Shown: positions 30,843 to 43,214 of the stretch, piece after piece
How the letters are laid out: each line of letters opens with the position of its first letter
How positions within the stretch are numbered: position 1 is the stretch's first letter
Origin: Zygnema circumcarinatum SAG 698-1b
Lineage: Eukaryota > Plantae > Zygnematophyceae
Length of the DNA stretch: 64,000 bases
Reading direction: 5' to 3'
Assembly: GCA_037447605.1 (NCBI GenBank)
Contig: CM074807.1
Coordinates: forward strand, 1,488,001-1,552,000
Program-made: the position numbers and the translations under genes
The notes under the pieces: model-generated
Seen by the model: the letters and a program-made list of their open reading frames with translations, nothing else
What the model was told of the DNA's origin: nothing
Databases searched by the model: none

Positions 30843-32949
30843 ATGCAGTTCCTGCGAGGACTGTGCGATGACATGCTGGTGCTGAAGAGCATATGGCTCC
30901 CTTCTATCACCGGGGACACGCACAAGGAGCGTCTCGACTCCTTCTACGGCCCGCAGGCGCAGGCTTGTGCGTTGCGTGTGGCTTACTACTGGATTGTAGC
31001 TTGGAGTCGTGCATTTTGGTTGATCTTTTATATTTTTAATGATATGGTGAATTCATGTTTGCAGCATGTATCCATGTGTGTGTGGTGACGCTCGTTACTC
31101 GTGCTGGCTTTTTTGTCCTTCATAGTAATTTGTAAAAACTTGTCTGACTTCAAACTGGATACGTAGAGTTTCTTCCATGATTGAGCGTTATTTTAGAGCT
31201 TACACATTTCTGCCAGGCCTCATTCCAGAATATGAAGCAATGTAGGGCCTCGTGCCAGGTCCTTGAGGGAACATAATCTGGTAAGTCAATTAAATGGCCA
31301 TGAATGATAAAAAAAAAAAAAAAAAAGCATTTTCAGCTTATAAGCATCGGCAATTTATTGCCACCGAGCAATATCCAAAGTATCGATCTTGGAATTCGAA
31401 CTGGCTATATGGGAATTTGTGTTGAGGTTTGTCAATTTCTCTAGGCTGACACCTTCATGTCTCCAAAAAATTGAACAGCCATGGTTATGAACTTTAAAGA
31501 AGGAAGGGGAGGAAGAGAAGCGCCGGTCAAGGATGGTGTGAGTATCTTTAAGTAGCAATGTTTTTGCCCTGTTTTCCTGGTGCAGATGATCGCTTCAGGG
31601 CCAATTTTCTCCATGGCCGCCGTCCACTGCTTCAGGCGTGTGCAGCACAAGTCCAGGCAATGGAGGATCAGTCAGGACTTGTATGGGTCGACCTAGGAGG
31701 GGGCACTGGTGAAAACATTGACATGATGGGCGACTACATGGACCTCTCTAAATTTGATAAGATTTACATGGTGGACTTGTGCGGACCCCTCTGTGAGGTT
31801 GCCAAGCAGAAAGCCACAGAGAAGGGGTGGAGCAATGTGGAAATCATAGAGGGAGACGTTTGTGACTTTGTGCCAACAGGAGGACGGGCAAAGCTGGTTA
31901 CATTCTCCTACTCCCTCTCCAGTGAGTTGTCGTTGTTCATTCCTCGTTTGCTGCCTTTTCTGTCGCTGAATCTATGTGCAGGAGCGTATGTTGTGGTCAA
32001 CTGTAAGCTTTCGTGTGTACCATTATTTGGAGTGAGCAGAGCCAGTCTATATTTCTTTTGGAAAGAGCCTTCAAGAGAAACACGTTGTGACCACGCTAAC
32101 GGGGCAGGGTATGGAGCAGGTTCAGAATGACTTATATTCCAGCTTTCGTGTACTTGTTTGCTTTTCTGAAGTTGCTGTTGCAGATGTGCTTCGCAGTCCA
32201 TCAACGAGGCAGTATTGTTTTGATAAGGCTTGTCATGCATCAGTCTGCTGTTCAAGATGAGCATCCGTCTTGGACCACTTTTCAGACAGTCTGTAAGGGA
32301 AAAGACAAGGATGTGCAAATGTCATGTGCAGTGATTCCGCCTTTTATGGATGCCATTGACAAGGCAATCTCATACCTTGACAGCCGCCAGGGAATATTCG
32401 GCATTGCTGATTTCTATGTGTCAAGGAAGTATGACTTGCCTCCGCGCCAGCACAGCTATCTGACCAGGTGGTTTTGGCGAGCTATTTTTGACCTTGATGG
32501 GATTGACCTTGGACCAGAACGAAGAATGTATCTCGAACATCGTCTTCAAAGAGGTGATCGTTTTTGGTAACCTGCTTACGATTTATCATATTTGGAGCCA
32601 ATCTTTTCATTCGGGTGCTATGGGAATGCAAAGGAAGCGCTATGATCTTCTGCCGGTTTAGTAGAGCCAGGGCCAGAACTCATTCACTCACCAGCTGAGA
32701 CTTTTAGTAATCTGATACTGTATTGTACAGGCATCATATAGTTGAGGCGTATTAATTTGCGCTTGTTTGCTTGGAAAGAATTCCAATTTTACTGAGGCAC
32801 ACCTGCACTATCTTGGAGTTCTAACTGGGGACCAACTTGAGGAGCGTTCTGCAGTGAAGGAGATAAACAGCAGAGGCTCTATACCGTACGTTCCGCTATT
32901 GAAGGCCCCTTTCTATGTCTGGCTTGGACGCCATATACCGCCTCAGTAG
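30843..32949 (+). CDS. BtaB-like SAM-dependent methyltransferase (N-terminal half of betaine lipid synthase BTA1), stand-alone, 258 aa
   Basis: Exons 30843-30966, 31586-31921, 32332-32553 and 32855-32949 total 777 nt. They give DDMLVLKSIW..HKERLDSFYGPQAQAYDRFRANFLHGRRPLL, WVDLGGGTGEN, VTFSYSLSMIPPF, ADFYVSRKYDLP, IDLGPERR.YLE, GSIPYVPLLKAPFYVWLGRHIPPQ*, matching the Chlamydomonas BTA1 BtaB domain from memory. Confidence 0.9.
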
Positions 32950-33793
32950 CTGCCCTGTGGTCTGCATCTGCTTCAACAGCCCTCAAGCTCCTGGCGTTCA
33001 CCCTCTGCGCTGCCTTCAAGGGAAACTCAAGCGAAACATGCTTGGCTCCCAGTCTGCTCTTAAACACGTTGCCCTTATTCAGTTTGCCATGAGGCAGGGA
33101 ATCTCGAAGGCTCAGTTTTCCCTAACCTCGGGGCACGTTGGAACGCTGAGCTCTTGTCATCAGCTGCAAGCAAAGGAGGTTCACTCGTCATGTGGTGCTC
33201 CTGAAGGTAAACAAGAATGTCTTCCCGGACGAGACCATGAACTGGCAACTGAAGGCACCTATGTCTCCTGACCTGGGAGGTCCGCTTTCCTTGTCACTCC
33301 GTAATGTGATCAGTTATTAATTACGAGCTCTACAACATGGAGATCTGGATCATGGCGACACATGGCATTGACCAACTGCTCAATCCTTTTTTTTGTTAGT
33401 GAGAACACCGCTCCGCTTGAGTTAAAAACTATGTGCAGATTTGTATTTTTTTGCTTTTCCAGATTTATGCTACAAGCAGGTCACTTTCCATGCATGGTGT
33501 GCGATTGACATCAGTACAAATTAATGGCAAGTTTGGAACATGGGTTCACTATTCTTTGTGCATAGGGAGCCTAAACGATGCAATGCAACAGAACGGAATG
33601 ACTCTAAACGTTCAACCTCGTAGGCAAAGCAGCCCACACACCTCTCACATAGGCTCTTCCAAAGCGTGCAGCCTACAAGAGACGCCAAAAGGAGATTCTA
33701 ATCGTGTCATTTCCTTCAGAATATCAAAAGGTTGTGATAAAAACTGTGAGCACTTAATGGGTCAAAATCTATTGCCTCAATGGGAAGGCGATG

Positions 33794-36700
33794 TCATCTT
33801 TCCAGCAGACGGATTTCCGCCATGCCTTCGCGGCGAGTTGGGCTGTACCACGCTACCAGCTTCACCGCCCCTAACTTCCCCAAAGCACAGTCTAGGCCAT
33901 ACGTGGTTTCTAAGGAGTGTGGGCCATGAGAGAGCCTGAGGGGGTCCAGAGCAAACCGCGCGTCAAATCGGGCCCGGACCGGTCCCAACAGCTGCAGCAC
34001 ATGTAGGAGAAAAAAACAGGCTCCAGCCTTTTAGGGGTAGTGGATCACAACATTCTTCAATCAGCAACAGCCCTCTGCCACCTTCAACCCTCTTTGGCAA
34101 CCCCTGCCTATCCTATTCACCTAGTGCACCAAAAAAACCAAGAACACCGAATGCTTCGGCCACGGCTTGTGAGCAGCAGTAAGAGTTGAGTCCAATCAAT
34201 AATTGGTATAGCAGATAACTTTCTTGGGACAAGGCCAGGGCGCTTTCATGGCATCCATACACATTCTACCTTTTGCAGAGACACGAGCAATGAAATGATG
34301 TTCGTGAAAAAGGCAGTTTGCATGATATGGACTCGTAAACTTGGAGCAGCCTTTCCCCTCTCGCACCACTCACCTGCTGCTGGGCCGTTACAGCAACAGT
34401 AGGGAAGCCCCTCTCATCAAAATTGTCATTCGTCTCCCTGTCTCCATTGGCTGCACTTGATGCTTGGCTTGTAGCGGTGGCAAATGCAGATGCTGCTCCA
34501 CAATCCAATCGCAAGCTGACAGCTGTGTGATCAAGAACCAGCCTTTCAAACTTCCCCACTTGGACTGTCATTCCGGTCGATGCAAACAAATCTGCTGAAA
34601 GATTTTTTGGCTTCCTTCCATCGTCAGCACTCCTGCCCTCGCTGCTTTGAGTGATGGTTGAAGCTGATCCGGAGGACAAAGCATGTAGATTTGCATTTAA
34701 GAGACCCCCTGCAACCTCACAGAAATGAACCACCGAGTAAGGCTCCTGCCCCCGCTAAAGTTTCCACTATTGATGGATAACTCGTTCATTCTTTTGCCTC
34801 CAAAACTACAATGCTCCAAAAGCAATCTGTTCAATTGGATGCTACACATGTGTAACCGCATCCACCAATGAGCCTACAGCAACATGGAGCTATGGGAACC
34901 AAGCCAACTGAGTCCTAGGAGCCTTCTGAAAGTTGGACAGTAGAAACGCATTCTGAGACATCTTGAGTTTTACAATCATTGAAACGCATTGTACAGCACT
35001 CATCAGTGAATAGCGAACCCACAGGAAACATCCATCCCTTCCTATATCCAGCATTGCTACCATACAAATGGCTTCATCACCAAAAGCAGAGTAAAAACAA
35101 AAAAATCCAAACTCACGAGCATGACAGTCATTTGCTCACCCAATAGGCCAAACACAGTAACACGTGGTCGAGCTGAAAGAACATTATGTGCACGGCTTGT
35201 CATTTGTATCGGCGGAGCTTTCCAGAGTGCCATCTCCTTCTCCACGGTGATGGCCGCCTGAGCCCTAGTGCCTGGCTGAGCGCCGGCAGGGACTGCCTTC
35301 ACCACTGTGCCCTGCTCACAGCGCTGTAGACCACGCTTCCAGCAACTTTTAGTCACATCTTTACTTGAACTCTCACCTTACTGAACCTAGATATGATTTG
35401 CTTGAAAAGAGAAAGGCCTCTATGGCAGCTTGGTTGTTGTCACTCACTCCGTAGCACTCTTCAACGGCTTTCTTGAAGTATTACTTTGACTCGGGTTTGA
35501 AGATTGTTTCCTTTTGTGTTACGTTCCATTCATGAACGCATGCAATGTCTTTCCGCTTTGTGGTAATTGCACACTTTAGCGTTCCAAGTACTAGACTCGT
35601 AAATAGGAAGTAAACAGCCTTGACCAACAAGAGCAGCTGAATTTATGACATTCTTTCCTCCTCACACTCTTAACCCCAGTGGGCCAAGAAGTTATGCCCA
35701 AGAAGAAATCCCAGCTTTCGAGCAAGTGGACGTTACCAATGGAGAGCCCGAAATACGATGCATACCAACACGATAGCGCAAGCCACCACGAGCTCCCCGA
35801 CTGGAGAGGTCAAGAGATAGGGTTTGGGGCACGTCCCAGTAACATGCCATGCGATCCACACAACATTCGTGCCAAGCTGCTTCCAACGTCATGTCATGTT
35901 TCTGCAACTGCAGTTTACAGGCAGCGAGAACAAGATCAGGTCAGGTTCCTCCTTACAAGTTCGTGAAAAAAAAACAACGGACAATCCTCCATTGGTACTT
36001 TAGTCATTTGAAATCGCGGTTTCAGAAGCACGCCACTAGTATACATACTTGAAAATGGGTCAGTGATCCAGATAGACATAGCCAGAAATTGTTACTGACT
36101 TACTTAACAAGCACGTCATCTGAAAGTCCCTGCTCGCAATTTTCTGTTGCCTTTCAGCAGTGGAACGGCTCAAATTTTCCAAAGCCAGCCTCTTGTACTA
36201 ACCTTGTGACGAAGAGTGACTCGTCCATGCCATGGCAATCTGCTACTTTTCTCCCCATTACTGCATCCTCCTGTTAGGCCGACCAGGGAGCTTAGCTCTG
36301 AGCTGGCAGTTAAAGATGTCTGAGGGCCCAGCAGAAAGCGTCCTTTGCCACATAGTGCATACAGTGAGGGGTCTCGTAATCTCTTAGCCCAATTAAAATG
36401 GCCCAAATTTAACAATTTTGATCCATCACGACCATCTTCTTGGTCTTGCTGATGTACAGGCGCATTAGAACCTCTCCCTCCAAAAGCCTGTCCATTACCT
36501 CGGGCCCACAAGCGTTGAGCCCGGACCCGTCCAGTCAAAGTAGCCCACCTGCGAACAAGTCAGCCAGGAAACTGCATAAACACAATAGTCGCACTGTGGT
36601 AAAAACACAAGAACTGCAACAACGTAGTACATCGTGACTGACTCCGGATGTTCTGCGTCAGAAAAGCCTTGTCTTAAAAATCTCTTATCCACAAACTTAT

Positions 36701-37706
36701 CCGACATTTTGCAAGAAAGTGCTTGCTAGGAAGTTCGACACAACCAAAATAGTTTTTGAGTGATAAAGAATTTACTGAATTGGCACAAAATCAAGCACAT
36801 CGTTTTAAGGGGCTCCAATTCAAAACCATCAGCATTGTTGCACTTTCAGTTGTCACCCTAGGTTCTGTAAATCATTAAGGAATTAAAGACCATTACCTTA
36901 ACAAATGCAAAAAGAAACAAAGTACATGATAACAAAAGGTCTGCTTCGGAGTGTCTTGGACCTCACCAGTCACGTCCTCCTGCACTTGCCAAAACTCGAT
37001 CGAGCACCCATCCTCCTCCATCATCACTGTCGACAGCATACGAAGGAGTGCATGGCACTGCCACATGTGAATAAACAGCCCTCACAGCATCCCGTCAGCT
37101 CGAAAAAAACGACGAATGTGTTGAGCTGGCCTGCTCAGGAAGCCGGTGCTGCAGTGGAAAACAAACTGTGGATAATGTGACTCCAAAGCGGAGTTGCTTG
37201 ATTTCCCTAAGGTGCAATGTACCCCAATGGAAACTGGACAGTCAACCAGGAACATCTTAGCTTTAGCCCTCTCCTTATAGTTATGATAACGATGATAATT
37301 GAGCCATGACTTGAAAGAACACCTACACAGTGAATCAAGACAAGAAAAGACAGCCATGATCATAAGATTAAAACAAGGATATGGAAAGGGGACTTGCGGA
37401 AAATGACACATGAGCGCCTTCAGGACTGCAAAACCTATAATGCACTTGAGCCACAGCTCTATAACTTCGTAAGAACTTTATTTCTCATGATGGTTGCCAC
37501 AGATAATAAGGGGAAACAAAAAAAAGACCTGCGAGGAGCCGCTGCAGAAGGAGAAGCTGCTGGGGACGGCTGAGCCTGGAAGATTGCTGGCTGCCGAGTG
37601 GAGGAGGCTCATTGGGCAAAGCTCTCACAACGGCCTCCAGTGACCTAGTGGACTCCACCTCCTGGTTCCAGAACTGTGCGCCTAATATCTCCTTCATGGA
37701 AATCAT
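33794..37706 (-). CDS. TGD4: Trigalactosyldiacylglycerol 4, chloroplast outer-envelope lipid transfer beta-barrel
   Basis: Exons give ..FWNQEVESTRSLEAVVRALPNEPPPLG....RLSRPQQL, PCTPSY...DGGGWVLDRVL, WAKRLRDPSLYALC, HDMTLEAAW....DR..CYWDVPQTLSLDLSS, LSADLF...GKFERLVLDHT..SLRLD, QQQVSGPVRARFD, and KLVAWYSPTRREGMAEIRLLER*. These are colinear with Arabidopsis TGD4 motifs as remembered. Confidence 0.88.
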
Positions 37707-38160
37707 TTATGGAAGAAAGGGACTGCAGCCAGTGTCTCTGAACTAGTTGCAGCCACGACATTGCTCCAAAAAGGCTTCAGCACGCTCCTGATGTGTTAGC
37801 GGAGGCGAGTGCAGAAGCCATAGCTGCTGCATTGACGCCATTGATGATAAGCAAAGACGAGAAGGAAGGTGCCCGCGAGGCCGGCAGCCACAACTTGTTC
37901 CTCCTCCTCTGTGGTCGCTTTAACTTTGAAGTTTGAAGGCGGTGTGAGCTCCGCGTGAGACCGCGCTCTAATCTGCCGTTCGCTTTCACTCTCCTATCAG
38001 AGACTCATCGCAGGGCACTTCTTACTGCTGTCTGGCCTGGAACAAGAGCTTTTGCATGGAAGAAACCAAGCCTTACTGCCATACGCTTTCTGTGTTTTGG
38101 ACGACAGGCTGCTAACGAAGAGGCTATGAGGGAGGAATTTTAGTTTCCTCCGTTGGAGTC

Positions 38161-41100
38161 ATGGCTAGCAGCGGGAGTCTCTCTCGTTCCACTGCTGTTG
38201 CTGGAGTCACCCTTGCGTCTGTGGTGGCCATTGCTGGCACGTATTATTACTGGCTCCTCATCAAACCTCGTCGTATTGCTTCAACTGCTTGGCGAGGCTG
38301 GACGCTATCCTCAAAAAGAGATCTGCAAATTTACACTGCGGACAGCTGGCGAGGCAGGCTTGCTCGGATAGTCTACGCACCCTTCATTGATGCTGTAAGT
38401 CGTATTACCTGATAGGACGTTCTCAGAAAGAATGCTGGCGGTCCTACAAAGGAAAGTAAGATCCTCTTTCTAGAGAGGCAGAAAAAAATGCAGTAGCCAT
38501 TGAGGATTTGTACCTATTTCAGCAAACAGGTTCAATGCCAGAAACTTTCAGCTTTAGTGCGTGCGTACGAAAATTTGCTTACACGAACTGCCACTTCCAG
38601 GCTCTAACCTGCATGATCATGTTCAAAATCTATAGCTGCACTGGTAAATTGCATTGTCAATACTGCTAATGTTTAGTTGATTGCGAAACCTCTCATTGGT
38701 TGTCAACTGACGGAGATGACTACATCAAGGCTCTTTCTGTATGTGAATCTGTGTACTTGTTTAGCAACGTGAAGACTTCAATTTTGTCCTCGGCATCCCT
38801 CCCATTTGTCAGAGAATCTTGAGGAATCTAACACTACTTTGACATAAACCAAGATTGGCATCTGCAACGTTGTCTTTATTCTCTCTGCTTTTAGGATGGT
38901 CCTATGTTTCCCCCTTTTTCTTGGATTTAGATGATACTTTCCTGTCCTGCCACTTACAAGCCAGCTGGAATGTGTGAATTTTTCGCATTTATGAACGAGG
39001 TGTGGTGGTTGTATTGCAGGTAAAGGTGACGAATGAGGAAATCTCTTTCTTGAATGCTTTGCCCAGATTGAGCTACCTATCTTCATTAGTTGAAGTCGAC
39101 CTCTCGGGAAACGGTTTCGACGTATTCCCGGACGCATTGTTGAAGCTGAAGTTCATCAGGAAATTGAGTCTTTCACGGAACAAGATCAAAAGGTTTTGTA
39201 TTGTATCCAAACTTCCACCTTGTACTCATCTCAGTTTAGATGTATGAGTTGGAGTATCGCGATCAAACTTTTTGAAGGTGTGTCTTCGTTGTTTTGAGCC
39301 AGTGGGAAATAAAGTTGTGTTTGAAGCGTATAAGGCCTCATATTGGGCATGTTGGCCAATTGCGTGCAGCCTGCCAGGTGATATTATGATGTTGGAGTTC
39401 CTCGAAGACTTAGATGTTGGACGAAACCTTTTGGAGTCAGTGCCCAGCGAAATCGGGAGCTTGACAAGGCTGCGTTTCCTTAATCTGATGTCCAATAACT
39501 TGTCAGAAATACCCGATGAGATTGGCCAGCTCACGGCATTGTACCGTTTGGGGTTGAAGAGCAACAAGCTCGGGTGAGGTCAGGTCTCTACCCGCTCAAG
39601 CTCGTGGTCCTCTATACTTAACCAGGCGTACAGTGAGGCGGCCACAGTATCACAGGATGAATTTGGACCTGACCAGCAGATTGCATTTGGACTAAAAAAA
39701 AAATCTGTGTACTGTGTCTCCTATGTCCTGGCCATGCACGTCGCATGTTGCAATGAGATCGTAATGCGTGAATTCAATTCGCATCGTGTGGATTTTTGGT
39801 TATCCTTCGGTAGTTGTGCCCTTGCACCGAAGGAATAGCTCAAGGAGTCATGGGGGAAATGGCAAGGCGGGAAACAGGACTTTACCGGATTCCATGGGGA
39901 ACATGGTGGGCTTGGTGGAGCTATTTCTTACTGACAACAAGCTCACAGCCCTTCCTGCAGGATTTGGAAAGTTGACCAACCTTTTCAAATTGCAGGTTAG
40001 CTTATCTACCATATACTGATGTGCAGCTTGTAGGGTATTTGTACTCCCGCTCACCTCGTTTTAGCTCATGTTTATCAGGAATGGCTTCATCCTTTTCAAA
40101 AGCGAAATTTTCATGACCTTCCCTTGGGCTCTGAACTGAATGCAGGCTTCATTTAACAGCCTGGAATCACTGCCTCCTGAGATGGGAAACCTTCCCAACA
40201 TAGAGCTGTTCCGTGTCGCTGTCAACAGCTTGCAGGCAGTCCCTGAATCTTTTCGGAACTTGGATAAGCTTTCATGGTTTTCTTTGGCTGGCAATCCCGC
40301 TTGTCCTCTACCGCCTCCTGCTCTTCCGCACATACGCCACATCAGCATTACGGAGCTGGAACTCGGCAGAAAGCTGGGAGATGGTGCCTCGGGTATGCTC
40401 AAGATTTGCTCTAACTTTTGTTTTCAGCGATATTCTTCCGCAATAGAAAATGTTGACGTCTTTGTGGTGAACCTTTCAAAACTGTTAGCTCGCCTACAAC
40501 CTACGAGAAACTCCCCATTATTTGACGAGTATCGGGATTATTAAGGTTACGGAACAGCGGTGGGTCATGGGCTGCTCTATAACAGTAGCTTTTGAATTTC
40601 TGTTTGCATTAGAGGCCATGTCTTGATGCCCAAGGTATAGGCTGGGCTTGCACTTGCAGGAGACGTGTTTTGCGCCAAGTGGGGTAAAAAAGAAGTGGCC
40701 TTCAAACAGTTTAAAGCTGAGACCAGCCCCGATGGGCACTCGCGTGATGAGATGGACATAAGCTGTGCATTGGCCCATCCAGGACTCATCAAAGTGCTCG
40801 CAGTGGTAGATGAACCAAAGGGCCTCGTGATGGAGCTCGTCCCAGGGAGGTGAGCCTGAGAAGCAGCTTAGGGGGAGGCCGAGCAAGTACCAAGAGAGTT
40901 GTTCTCGTATTCTTAATGAAAATGGGTCAAACATAAGCAGCATTTTATCGGCATTTTCACCTTTGTGTCGACTCTTGCGGTTTCCTTGTTCCGACGTTGT
41001 TTGTTTTCATTTGAACAGGGCGATGGCGGAGAAGCCGAACTTCGACTCTCTCCTGAGATGTCGGTGGACTAAGGGGGTTTCCTTCGAGCGGCGATTCGTG

Positions 41101-41721
41101 ATACAAGTTGCTTCACAAGTGGCAGGGGCGTTGGCCCACATGCACTCTATGGGTATCTGCCACGGGGATGTCTACGCCCACAATGTTGTGGCAGATGATG
41201 ATGGCAACGCAGTGCTTTGTGACTACGGTAAAGCTTTCATCACCTCCCTGTTCATCATTGTTTCCTGTTGGATATTTGCTTGAATTAGTGTGCCCTCTCG
41301 TTATCCTGGGCTGTTGGCTGAGGGCTCCGTACATGCCTGCATTGATGGGAATAAAGCCAGCGCAGGGCAGTATTGAAAAAAAAAATTAGGGAAAATTGCA
41401 GGAATACTACAGTTTTCTGCAGTCTTCATAATTGCATACAGGTCAATTAATTGCATCTATGTCTGGACGCGCACAGGAGCTTCCTTTTGCTATTCGTTGA
41501 ATACAAAAGCGCCTTTTGAAGCTCAGGAGGTTCGAGCTTTTGGACTCTTCCTTAACGACATGGTCAACCGACTAAGCCCTGCAAAGTCAGTTAAGGACAC
41601 CCAGGTGGGATTTGAGCTCAATGGTTTGGCAACTGGCTGCACGAAAACCTCCGCCAAGCACAGACCCATGTTCGAGGAAGTCTCTCGGGTGCTCGACTCA
41701 ATCAGACAAGACTTGGCGTGA
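38161..41721 (+). CDS. N-terminally anchored leucine-rich-repeat protein kinase of the bacterial-type LRR-kinase family
   Basis: Hydrophobic segment VAGVTLASVVAIAGTYYYWLLI followed by KPRR; LRRs (LVEVDLSGNGFDVFP, LEDLDVGRNLLESVP, LVELFLTDNKLTALP, LSWFSLAGNP); kinase motifs LGDGASG, VAFKQFK..TSPDG...DEM, HGDVYAHN, LCDYGASF, EVRAFG; stop at 41721. Confidence 0.85.
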
Positions 41722-42723
41722 AGCAGCGGGAGAGGTGGGAGTCCTCTCGAAGAACGCTTGCAGGAAGGAGCTTGTATCTCTCCCAATTTCTGTCCGCTTA
41801 ATCTGCTGTGTTGTTTTACGGCAAAGGCTTCATGAACTTCTTAACTCAGTCAGGCCCTTCTGAATCTATTTTGTAACTGGGGAGGTAGAAAGACTGAATC
41901 ATTTCGTTTCCTGTGTTTGTGTTGCCAAAGTTTACAGGACGGAAACAGTCATAGCTTGTAGCCATAGCTCGTTTAAGGCACCTGATGCCACTGCACTTGG
42001 GAGGAATGCATTCTTCGTACAGGTTAGCGAGTCTCACTCTTTTGTCGGTAACCGCAAAAGCAGCGACTGAATAGCATCAAGCGTAGCGATCAAAACTGGT
42101 GCCTCACACTGAATCAATTAATCATTACTATCGATTTAAGATGTTGTTATTTATTTGACCTAATGAGAAATCTCGCTTGCCTGTGTTCACATTGTAACGG
42201 GTCCTAAAGAAGCGTATTAAGTCTTCACATGTCATCAACTATCGATATGATCTTGCAAATCAGCCGCTAGGGTACAGTAGAATCTCCACAATATCATTGT
42301 TGATAAGGAGAATCCTTCATAAGTCATTCCCATTCCGGAGAGAGTCGAGGAAGTGATTGGAAGGTGGAGGATTTTCATAGATGTTTTTCAGCATTACCAA
42401 GAACTTCAGCTCCTTGAAACGCCCGTTACATTATTTTGCTGTACAATGCATTGGCTCCTTTATGCTCCCTGTATGAACGCTCATCCAACTAGCTACAGTG
42501 ACGTTATCTGCAGCTTCCAGCGTTACACAGCCCTATATGTGCTCTCTATACGGTATCCTCAAAATGTACAGTATGGGACAAACCTCCAATTGTTTCTCTC
42601 TCGCTCTCCCCTCCCCCCGCCCTCCCTCTCTCTCTCTCTCTCTCCCTCTTTCGGGCACACATACATCCATGGCGGCCCCTCCCGTGCTCGCCCGCCAGCA
42701 CTCATCAGCTGCCGCCAGTGCAC

Positions 42724-43153
42724 TCACTGCCCCGCTACCACCTCCTTCGCTTTCCTTATCACATTCTCCACCGTGAAGCCGTACGCTTCAAACACTGCCA
42801 GGTACGGCCCGCTTGCTCCGAATCGGTTGACGGCGAGGGTCTGGCCCTTGGGCCCAATCCACTCTCTCCAGCCCTGGCAGGGAAGCCGCGGAATGAACGA
42901 GGTCAGCGGGTCAAACTTCGTCCAAACTGTGCTTGTATCGTGTATGACCTTCATGTTTTCCATTACGTCCATTCCCAACATACTCTTCTAAAATAGAGTC
43001 GACCGTCAATTTTTGTGTCTGTCTCCTTTAGCACCGTTTAGATAGATAGCAAAATCAAAGAGGGTCTTTTAGCTAAGCCCCATCCCAACGTCCGAATGTC
43101 AATTGCAAAGCGGGTTTGGTGAGAACTGTTTCGCTGCAATGACGAGCCATCTC

Positions 43154-43214
<61 letters not shown>

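Noticed and set aside
32915-33940. ORFs downstream of the BtaB-like gene as a possible BtaA domain
   Set aside because: No BtaA motifs are present; the ORFs overlap the 3' regions of the BtaB-like gene and TGD4.
36103-36132. Apparent micro-exon GLSDDVLV in TGD4
   Set aside because: Including it breaks the frame; direct splicing RHK|LQKHDMTLEAAW matches the homologue.
36960-37160. In-frame TGA codons in protein-like frames, suggesting a selenoprotein or readthrough
   Set aside because: These frames lie mostly in TGD4 intron sequence. The real exon (about 37058-36966, VPCTPSY...GRDW) splices cleanly and matches TGD4.
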